This document shows, one piece after another, positions 56,195 to 64,000 of a stretch of DNA of 64,000 nt. Position numbers and translations under genes: made by a program. This DNA comes from an uncultured virus (IMG/VR IMGVR_UViG_3300032117_000007). Lineage: Duplodnaviria > Heunggongvirae > Uroviricota > Caudoviricetes. The notes under the pieces were generated by a model that saw only the letters and a list, made by a program, of their open reading frames with translations, did no database searches and had not been told where the DNA came from. The stretch lies in IMG/VR virus record IMGVR_UViG_3300032117_000007. One strand, 5' to 3'. Each line of letters starts with the position of its first letter. Within the stretch, counting starts at the first letter, position 1.

Positions 56195-57187
56195 ATGCAG
56201 TGGGGACAAAACGATCAGGCAGTTACTGCCAATTCTTCAACTACAAAAGAAAGTTCAGTTGGTGCTCCAATTGGTACTTATGCTCTAGCAAAGGGCTCGG
56301 GGAATGGTATCAATCCAGTATCAATGGATGCAAATGCTCATTTTGGCAATACATCACCAGGTTCACGTGCAAACGTAGATTATAATATGTTTGGCAATAC
56401 AACTGTAGGTGCATTTATCAATAATATGGCCGTTGGGGTTTTTGGTGTAAATGCAACAATGCTAAGCACATCAGGTGGTGGCATTGTTCTTGGTTATGTA
56501 ACATTTGGTGGTTCTGGTTATCAGGCTAATGCTACTGCTACTTTGACCGTAACAAATGGTGGATCTTCAGGTGTTGTGAATGCTCATGCTAATACAACAG
56601 GGAATGCCGGTCGTATTGATTCTTTATTACCTCAGACTGCTGGCGCTGGTTATATCACTGCACCAACAGTTGCTATTGCTGCTCCTGCTGCAATTCAGAT
56701 TGGCGCCAATTCAACATATATCAATGCTTCAGCTAATACAATTCTTCTAGCTTCTGCTAATTCTTATTGGCAGGCAAATGATAGATTCTACTATGCTGTT
56801 GCTGCTGGAAATACAGCAATCGTTGGTCTAACTGCAAACACATATTATTATATTTCATTCGTGAATGCCTCTTCTCTTGCAGTTTCTGCTGCACCAGGTG
56901 GTGCTAATCTTCTACTAACGGCAAATGCTTCCTCAACTGAACATGCTGGTCATACAATCCAGGGTGATACAGCCACAGGTTATGTTGATGTTGGTTCTGT
57001 ATATCCTCAGGCTACACATTCGGGTTGGGTAGTTCGTAGAGAAGGTACCGGTGGCAGAACAGGTCGTGTTACATATGAAACATTGGTTGCTATGGGTTCA
57101 CTAGGTGTGAATGGTGTTACAACTACTGGTGTATATGGAACAGCAAATATTACTCAGTCCAATTCAGCAGTTGATCCAATCGCGTAA
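56195..57187 (+). CDS. Virion structural (head decoration/fibre-like) protein
   Basis: Behind AATAAATA; HSGWV.R.EGTGGRTGRV.YETLVAM motif; Ala/Asn/Thr-rich. Confidence 0.6.
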   Translation: MQWGQNDQAVTANSSTTKESSVGAPIGTYALAKGSGNGINPVSMDANAHFGNTSPGSRANVDYNMFGNTTVGAFINNMAVGVFGVNATMLSTSGGGIVLGYVTFGGSGYQANATATLTVTNGGSSGVVNAHANTTGNAGRIDSLLPQTAGAGYITAPTVAIAAPAAIQIGANSTYINASANTILLASANSYWQANDRFYYAVAAGNTAIVGLTANTYYYISFVNASSLAVSAAPGGANLLLTANASSTEHAGHTIQGDTATGYVDVGSVYPQATHSGWVVRREGTGGRTGRVTYETLVAMGSLGVNGVTTTGVYGTANITQSNSAVDPIA

Positions 57188-57206
57188 TTAAACGAAAGTC
57201 GATATT

Positions 57207-57500
57207 ATGGCTAATGATGCTAAAAAGATTAGTGATTTAGTTGTTGCTAACACGATGGCTCTTACTGATAGAGTTGTCGTGTTAGTAAACGCTAACACAA
57301 CTGCAAATGTTCAAACAATCACACTTCAAAATTTTGCAAATGTTCTAATTTCAACACAAAATGTATCTACATTTTCAGCAACTGTTCCTTCCAATTCCTC
57401 ATCGACTGGTGTGAAGGGACAGTTTGCATATGATGCAACACATTTTTATGTTTGTATTGCAAACAATTCATGGATTAGAACAACGATGAGTACTTTCTAA
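57207..57500 (+). CDS. Small fibre-like structural protein
   Basis: KISDL N-terminus; SSSTGVKGQFAYD...YVCIANNSW.R. Confidence 0.55.
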   Translation: MANDAKKISDLVVANTMALTDRVVVLVNANTTANVQTITLQNFANVLISTQNVSTFSATVPSNSSSTGVKGQFAYDATHFYVCIANNSWIRTTMSTF

Positions 57501-57501
57501 T

Positions 57502-57747
57502 ATGAAAACACGTATCAACTTTAGATATGCTATTCAGACCGCGTTTACCGGTTCAAATGACATGTCTGTTGATATTATTCGTGTTTTGACTACATTATCA
57601 TTTTTTGTATTTTTTACATTGGAAGTTTATAAGGTTATGGTTATGCAAAAGGATTTCAACCCGATGGAATTTGCTGCCGCGTGTGGTACTATGTTCACCA
57701 CTGCCGGTGCTTCACTTTTAATTAAATCAAAGACCGAACCGCAATAA
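57502..57747 (+). CDS. Two-TM membrane protein (holin candidate)
   Basis: Two hydrophobic helices, charged C-terminus, late operon. Confidence 0.4.
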   Translation: MKTRINFRYAIQTAFTGSNDMSVDIIRVLTTLSFFVFFTLEVYKVMVMQKDFNPMEFAAACGTMFTTAGASLLIKSKTEPQ

Positions 57748-57757
57748 AGATAGTAGT

Positions 57758-58159
57758 TTGACTAAATTTGAATTTTTAACTGATAGTAATTTTTTACTAT
57801 ATTGTGCAAAATATTATGATAATCCGCATTGTGAATCTACCGAAGAGTTTATGGAAGATTTAAACAAGATAAGATATATCAAAAAACTTATCTTTAAGTA
57901 TAAAGAATGTGGTGAACTGAAAGAACGATTGATTCTAAATCATATTATATTGTTACGGAATGTGTTTAGAAATCACACGGTCAGAATTTTATATTTAAAA
58001 TTAAAAAATGAATTTGAATATGTGAAACCTTTTTTGGTATTACTTGATGCACTTCCTGATGTCATATATAATATCGGTGATGAAACTATAATTTATACAG
58101 ATGTTATACCTATGGATTCTGGAATAATCAAAGCACTGAGGTTAAGTATCAATGAATAA
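57758..58159 (+). CDS. Conserved T4-like hypothetical protein
   Basis: YCAKYYDNP.C...EF.EDL..I.YIKKL...GELKERLILNHII. Confidence 0.7.
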   Translation: MTKFEFLTDSNFLLYCAKYYDNPHCESTEEFMEDLNKIRYIKKLIFKYKECGELKERLILNHIILLRNVFRNHTVRILYLKLKNEFEYVKPFLVLLDALPDVIYNIGDETIIYTDVIPMDSGIIKALRLSINE

Positions 58160-58307
58160 TCTTTTATCTTTTTTGGATTTTATTGCTGAGACAGAATCGG
58201 CAGTTCCAACAAATGCTGTAGGCGCTTCTGGAATGGGCTCCACATCAGCAGGACCAATTCAAGGTTATGATCCTTTGCTTAAAAATAAGAAAAAGAAACC
58301 TTCATAG
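58152..58307 (+). CDS. Small protein with capsid-targeting-like N-terminus (51 aa, not in ORF track)
   Basis: MNNLLSFLDFIAE...PTNAVG...GPIQGYDP. Confidence 0.55.
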   Translation: MNNLLSFLDFIAETESAVPTNAVGASGMGSTSAGPIQGYDPLLKNKKKKPS

Positions 58308-58313
58308 GAGTGT

Positions 58314-58745
58314 ATGATGGCCGTTGTACCAATAGAACCACTTCCTATTAATGAATCTAGATTTTCAAAAATGGAAGATGCTATCGAAAAACTTACTGGA
58401 GTTGCTTCCGATCTATCAAAGCTATTAGCAGTTCAAGAACATAGAATCACACAACAAGAAAAATCAAATGATTTCATTCTAAAATTATTAGAGAAAAGAA
58501 GAGAAGATATGGACGCTCATGTTGATAAAATCTATAATACAATCGACGAACGAGATGCCAAAATTTTAGAAGAAGTCAAAGAAATGCGAAGTGAAGCAAA
58601 CATTCAACATAGACTTGTAAACGACAAAATCACAAAACTTGAAAAGTTGATTTGGCTTGCAATCGGTTCTGGTGCTGTTATTGGATATATTCTTGATTAT
58701 GGAATTCAAATATTTTTAAAAGTAAATCCACTCATTATGCGTTGA
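58314..58745 (+). CDS. Coiled-coil protein with C-terminal TM helix
   Basis: KMEDAIEKL...LLAVQEHRI; TM LIWLAIGSGAVIGYIL. Confidence 0.6.
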   Translation: MMAVVPIEPLPINESRFSKMEDAIEKLTGVASDLSKLLAVQEHRITQQEKSNDFILKLLEKRREDMDAHVDKIYNTIDERDAKILEEVKEMRSEANIQHRLVNDKITKLEKLIWLAIGSGAVIGYILDYGIQIFLKVNPLIMR

Positions 58746-58829
58746 TGGAATCTTCCGAAACAATTCCATTGACTTTTCAATTGGATGGTGTATAATCTCT
58801 ATTGAGCTTAAAACAATAGAGTCATTATT

Positions 58830-59852
58830 ATGAATTGGTTAGAAAACAAATATATATCTACACTGTCAAACAGACTAAGGAATTATTCCAAAAAGTCTGG
58901 AAATACCTATAACTTTTCATGTCCAATTTGTGGTGATTCACAAGTTGATAAACGGAAAGCCAGAGCATATATTTACACCAAGCAAGGTGTGACATTGTTT
59001 CATTGTCATAATTGCACACTTACTACTTCATTTGAGAAATTTCTCAAATCTGTAGATTATCAATTATTTTCCGAATATAAATTAGAATTATTAAAAAATA
59101 AGAATGATGGTAAGGAAAGTCTAAATGCTTTCATCGAGAAGATGAAGCGGCCTGTATTCCTTCAGTCTGGGCCACTGAAAGGTCTTAAAAAAATTAGTCA
59201 ACTTCCCTACGATCATCCTGCTAAAATTTATATTTCAGAAAGGAAGATACCAAATCCATTTCATGCAAAAATATTTTGGTGTCCCAATTTCTTTGCATGG
59301 TCAAATGAACTAATTCCTTCTAAGTTTGATAAAAATGCTTTAAAACATGATGAAGGGAGAATTGTCATTCCTTTCTTTGATAAAGATAAGAGCATGCATG
59401 CTTTTCAAGGAAGATCCTTATCTCCTCTAAGTAAAACTAGATATATTACTTTAGTAAATGACGAGAGTAAACCTAAGATTTTTGGTCTAGATGAAGTAGA
59501 TTTCAATAAAAAAGTATATGTTTTTGAAGGACCTTTTGATTCTATGTTTATTCCAAATTCTATTGCAACTGCAGGCGGTGATCTAGTTTCTACTATTAGC
59601 TCATTACCAAAAGAAAATCTAGTTATTTGCTATGATAATGAACCTAGAAGCCATGAAACAAAGAAAAAGATTGACAAATGCATAATTCAGGGATATAATG
59701 TATGTATATTCCCATCTAATCTTGATATTAAAGATGTAAATGATATGGTTCTGGAAGGTCTAAGCCCTGACTTTATAAAGCACATCATTGATACAAATAC
59801 TTATAGAGAATTGGCAGCCAAATTGGCTTTGGCAACTTGGAGTAAGGTGTGA
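58830..59852 (+). CDS. gp61: DNA primase gp61
   Basis: CPICGDS...CHNC zinc finger, FQGR, EGPFDS, DNEPR, KDVNDM. Confidence 0.95.
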   Translation: MNWLENKYISTLSNRLRNYSKKSGNTYNFSCPICGDSQVDKRKARAYIYTKQGVTLFHCHNCTLTTSFEKFLKSVDYQLFSEYKLELLKNKNDGKESLNAFIEKMKRPVFLQSGPLKGLKKISQLPYDHPAKIYISERKIPNPFHAKIFWCPNFFAWSNELIPSKFDKNALKHDEGRIVIPFFDKDKSMHAFQGRSLSPLSKTRYITLVNDESKPKIFGLDEVDFNKKVYVFEGPFDSMFIPNSIATAGGDLVSTISSLPKENLVICYDNEPRSHETKKKIDKCIIQGYNVCIFPSNLDIKDVNDMVLEGLSPDFIKHIIDTNTYRELAAKLALATWSKV

Positions 59853-62399
59853 TGTTTTTTGATACATTGAAATTGATTAATCAACTAAGAGCAGAGAATT
59901 CCCTTCCGTCCTATCATAAATCACCTTCATTACTAACAGCAGCTGCATTTGAACTTGAAAAGCTCAATCAGTATCGTGATTTGGTGTTGTTCATTGCAAA
60001 TGACTATAATGAATTGAGTTATGATAAGATCAAAACTCAACGTGATGAGTGGCGGAAACTTTGTCAAAATCTGATTAATAAGTTGGAGGATTAAAATGAA
60101 TAATGATTTAGTGAATAAATTAGTGGAACAATGTTGGGTTTATCAAAACGAACTAGTTCAGCACGAAGATCAACCGGTCCAAGTTAGGACAACACAATTC
60201 CTCGATCCCACAAAGCTAGCTTATTTGGTTGTTCAGGAATGTATTAAGGTTTTGAATAGCAATGCTGAGTATAATGATGCAGCTGATGATTGGACTCATC
60301 CAGAATCAGAAGATTTGTTGAAGCATTTTGGTATTGAACTTCTTAATGAAGAAGATGAATGTGAGTAAAAATGGACTATGATCAAATTGCTGACCTTTAT
60401 GAACTGAAACTATGTATTCAGGATTTTTTCAATAATTATCTGGATGTTGTGGAAGTATCAGATTCTGGAAAGGAGTTTCATCCCATTACTATTTCTTGTT
60501 GTAGATCAATGAAAATAGATCCACTTAATAAATTATTAAAGCGAATGAAAGAACTAGCAAAACAAGAATGTCCCATTGGTTGTGCACATAATTGTGGTGC
60601 TGATAACTGTAAAAATTACAAAGGTATTGGAAAATGACACCGCTAACGGAACGGCTTGAATTGCTTGCATTGCGATTGGATGATGAAGGCAGATATGTCG
60701 ATAGTGATATTGTAGCACAAGCAGCAACTCGTATAATATCATTATTGGAAGAAATAAACACTTTGAATAAAGAACTTTCAAAAAATGAACAATGAAATAC
60801 AAAAATGTATTGACGCTGCCACCACCAAGAGACAAAGTCATTATATTGATCCTTCTATGATGGAACCGAAACCCATTTACAAACCTTCAGGAGAACCAGT
60901 TTATTATGATCACTTTGACAGAATCAAGTTTGCATTCCTGATCATTCAAAAATGCATCAATGTCATTGAGCAGTGTGAAGGTGACACTGATTGGGCAATT
61001 TATAAAATTCAGGAAATGTTTGACGGAGATTAAATTTTGCGTTATTATAGTTATGAATTGCCTGACGGTGATGTGGATACAATGTCAGAAGATGAAATCA
61101 GAAAAGATTACTATCCATTTTGGCTTGAAAAGATGTATGCCAAGTTTGGCAAAGAACATGTTGATGCCACTTATTCTTTTGAAGAATGTCTAGAAGATTG
61201 GGTTATCATTCATCATGCATGGGAAAGTACAGATGACTAATCAAGATATCGTGAATTACCAGGCTGCAAGAAAAGCATTTTCAGAAACCAATCTAGGTAA
61301 ATTGTGGTTTAACTATACTTCAAGACAGCAACGTGCCGAACGATATGATGCACAAATGGAATACACAGACAGTGGATCCAATAAGAAATTGACTTTGTAT
61401 TGGGATGAAGCACGAGCAGCAGAGCAAATGCTATTGGAAGAATTGTATAAGTTAGAAAATCTTGAATATGTGAAACTTTAGAGGAAAATAAAATGAAACA
61501 AGAAGTAGCCGAAGCCATTTTAAAATGGGACGACAATGACGAAGTTGACAATTATGAAGAAGTAACTGTAGCAAAAATTGATGGAAAATCAAGATGGACT
61601 ACTTATTATTCTCAAATATATCGCAACAAAATTGACAACACATTTTGGATGATTTCATGGGGTCGAGGTTCAACTGAAATGCAAGATAAAGGACCTGAAG
61701 ATATTTCTGTTTATCAAGTTGAACCTCGAGAAAAAACCATTGTAGAATATGTGATCGTTGAAAAATAATTGGATGATGAGCAAGGCACTGCCAGAGTTGT
61801 AGAAGTTGATTGAAAATGTTGTGCCCACGATGCAAAGTTGAAATGAAACAAGGGATAGGCATTAACCCCACAACTCGTGATGCTGCCAAACGCGGGTTGG
61901 GTAGCCCAGCGGGTCTAATTGACCATGCTCAATTGACGCTTGATCCTGTATGGAAGTGCCCTGAGTGTGGACACAGTGCCGATATTATGACAAAAAAAGA
62001 AAGTTTGAGACTTCATTATGATTGGTGGGGTCAGTGCCGTACCTGTATATCATGGCAAGTTTCAGATTCAACACGGTCTGACCCAGCCATTTGTAAAAAT
62101 CCTGAGTCACCATTGTATAACACAGAAACCTGGACTGGAGGACATTGTGACAAATGGGACTCTTTTGATATAGAAACTGCATTGGAATTATTGAAAAAAT
62201 ACAAATGAAAATTAGTTGGATAGGCATAACCTGGGGTGGACCTGATCGTGATCCACATTGGTGGTATGTGTATTGGTGGAATTGGTTAAAGCCAGAGGTG
62301 AGATACTGGGGCCGCGAAGATATGTGGTATGATGCAGGTCTCCACAAAAGTTTTGGTTTGTGGTTTATCAATATTACCTGGTGCACACCATGGTCTTAA
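59849..62399 (+). other. Array of ~11 short co-oriented hypothetical ORFs (59849, 60096, 60371, 60634, 60785, 61037, 61215, 61493, 61810, 62205)
   Basis: Tightly packed ORFs with RBS/overlaps; some Cys-rich; two share a K(F/L)A.L(I/V).Q.CI motif. Confidence 0.6.
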
Positions 62400-62419
62400 A
62401 AGAGGAATAAGAATGACTC

Positions 62420-62836
62420 TTGATCAAGATCTTTATCAAAATGATTTTTGAATGTCTTATTTTAGGTGACAGCATAGCAGTTGGCACACATCAGTATCGT
62501 GCAGAATGTGCTGTGTATGCAAGCAGTGGTATCACCAGTCATGCTTGGCTTCATCGCTATGCAAATGCAGACTTGACTGCAAAAACTGTTGTCATCAGTT
62601 TGGGCAGCAACGACTCTGAACAAGGTTCTCGACAGGATTTGGAAATGATTCGCAACCGAGTGCAAGCCGATACTGTGTTTTGGATTGTACCGGCTATCAA
62701 ACCATATGTGCAGGAAATCGTTAAAAGTGTGGCCTCTGAACATCATGACAGGATAATTTATATTCCAGTAATCTCATCGGATGGTGTGCATCCCAATGCA
62801 AAAGGTTATAAAATGATAGCAGAGCAAATACGATGA
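62420..62836 (+). CDS. SGNH/GDSL hydrolase
   Basis: GDSI, ISLGSND, DGVHP...GY blocks. Confidence 0.85.
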   Translation: MIKIFIKMIFECLILGDSIAVGTHQYRAECAVYASSGITSHAWLHRYANADLTAKTVVISLGSNDSEQGSRQDLEMIRNRVQADTVFWIVPAIKPYVQEIVKSVASEHHDRIIYIPVISSDGVHPNAKGYKMIAEQIR

Positions 62837-63187
62837 TATTTCACGAGATTTGTCAAGTTGGAGGAAAGGTCTGGAATCAAGTCAGACGACAGGTCAATGA
62901 TGAGGTTGTGTATCAGGTCGGTGATCAGGTCTGGAGTCGGGCCTGGAATCATGTCAAGGTTCAGGTCTGGTATCAGGGTTGGGATGATTTAAGATGGTAA
63001 AGAAAAGTATTGATAAAGTCAGGGATCAGGTCTATAATCAGGTCAGTTGGCAAGTCTGGTATCAGGCTTGGTATCAGGTTGGGTATCGGGTCTGGAATCA
63101 TGTTAATCAGGTAGAAAATGGCGGTGTTCAGGCCATGGATGATCTAAAATGGTGAGGAAAAGTATTGATAAAGTCGGGAGCAGATAA
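62833..63187 (+). repeat. Tandem short ORFs with xxQV tetrapeptide repeats (62833-63000, 62994-63155, truncated third copy from 63149)
   Basis: Repeated (N6)CAGGTC/CAAGTC units; duplicated junction GATGAT.TAA.ATGGT.A.GAAAAGTATTGATAAAGTC. Confidence 0.75.
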
Positions 63188-63233
63188 AATATAATATGTT
63201 AAAATTTAACAGAAACTAGAAAAAGCAAGTGAA

Positions 63234-63440
63234 ATGACTGAAAAAAATCATTTATCCCGTTTGAAAGAAGCATTGGAATCTGCTTCGGTTGTTGTTGATC
63301 ATGGTGGCATTAATCCAACTTATCTGGTTGATACACTGACCAAAACATATCCCAAAAAGCAAGTGATTGAAATGATCCAACAGGGTCTTGAAAAGAATGA
63401 AATTGCACTAAACACTGACGGAATGGTTATTTTTTTATGA
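63234..63440 (+). CDS. Hypothetical protein
   Basis: ORF track. Confidence 0.5.
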   Translation: MTEKNHLSRLKEALESASVVVDHGGINPTYLVDTLTKTYPKKQVIEMIQQGLEKNEIALNTDGMVIFL

Positions 63441-63639
63441 ATAATATATTGGAGGATGCAATAATGCAACTTTATAAAGATGAAGAAATTATCAACAGTT
63501 TGGTATATTATATCAATCGGTTGGTTGTAGGTGATGATTGTATGGAATCACTAACAGAAACCATGCAGAAATTTGGTTTTTGGGATCAAGATGGATTCAT
63601 TCCCTGTTGAGGAAGAAGAGGAATGATGGAGGCACCAGA

Positions 63640-63855
63640 ATGACCGAGAAACCATGCGGATGTTTGTCGTGTCAGGACAAACGCCGTCAAGAATTGCCAG
63701 AGGCTGATTTTATCACAAGTCTTACTGGTCAAGACTTATATTTTCGCTATGCGTGTGAAATTTGCGGCAACAAAAGATGTCCACATCATTCAGATCACCG
63801 GCTTGCATGCACAAACAGCAACGCAACCGGACAGCCTGGGAGTTTTTACCAATGA
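63640..63855 (+). CDS. Cys-rich hypothetical protein
   Basis: CGCLSC...CEICGNKRCP..SDHRLAC; GGAGG RBS before MTEKP. Confidence 0.55.
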   Translation: MTEKPCGCLSCQDKRRQELPEADFITSLTGQDLYFRYACEICGNKRCPHHSDHRLACTNSNATGQPGSFYQ

Positions 63856-64000
63856 CTTGCTTTGCTTTTGCTATTATTCATAATTAAGAGGACTTAAAAT
63901 GCAACTTGGATCACCAATCGAAGCAGTTCATCAATCGGTGGCTGCAGCCATTTATCGCGATCTTCCTGATATACATTATCAAGGTCGGGATTGGTCACTG

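Noticed and set aside
63437..63626. Possible frameshift at ATTCCCTGTTGA in a small ORF
   Set aside because: Could be a natural stop or a 1-bp error; no evidence of programmed frameshifting.

Overview
A 64-kb, AT-rich segment of a T4-like (Tevenvirinae-style) myovirus genome. It reads, in order: tail fibre, neck/tail/head morphogenesis genes (gp13-gp23) with a GIY-YIG homing endonuclease behind gp23, then gp3, uvsY, uvsW, gp55, gp47 and gp46. Next come a putative DNA-glycosylation/nucleotide-metabolism cluster and the clamp/loader/regA block. A divergent early region is centred on a palindromic ~500-bp non-coding element carrying eight IHF-consensus boxes. A tRNA cluster follows (Arg, Asn, Thr, Tyr, Ser, Pro, plus a split Arg remnant and candidate ncRNAs), then speD, spanins, hsp20 with a ROSE-like leader, a GH19 endolysin, gp43, uvsX and gp41. 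After these lie a late-promoter ncRNA and a cluster of enzyme-like proteins with T4-type capsid-targeting-like N-termini, dps, primase gp61 and many small hypothetical ORFs. Spanins indicate a Gram-negative host; DUF1127 and the ROSE-like element suggest a proteobacterial, possibly alphaproteobacterial, host (inference). The most promising candidate new system is the set of putatively virion-packaged enzymes (ART-like, HAD phosphatase, PD-(D/E)xK nuclease, ligase-motif protein, nucleotidyltransferase) next to a standalone structured RNA. All family assignments come from motif recognition by eye; no searches were run.
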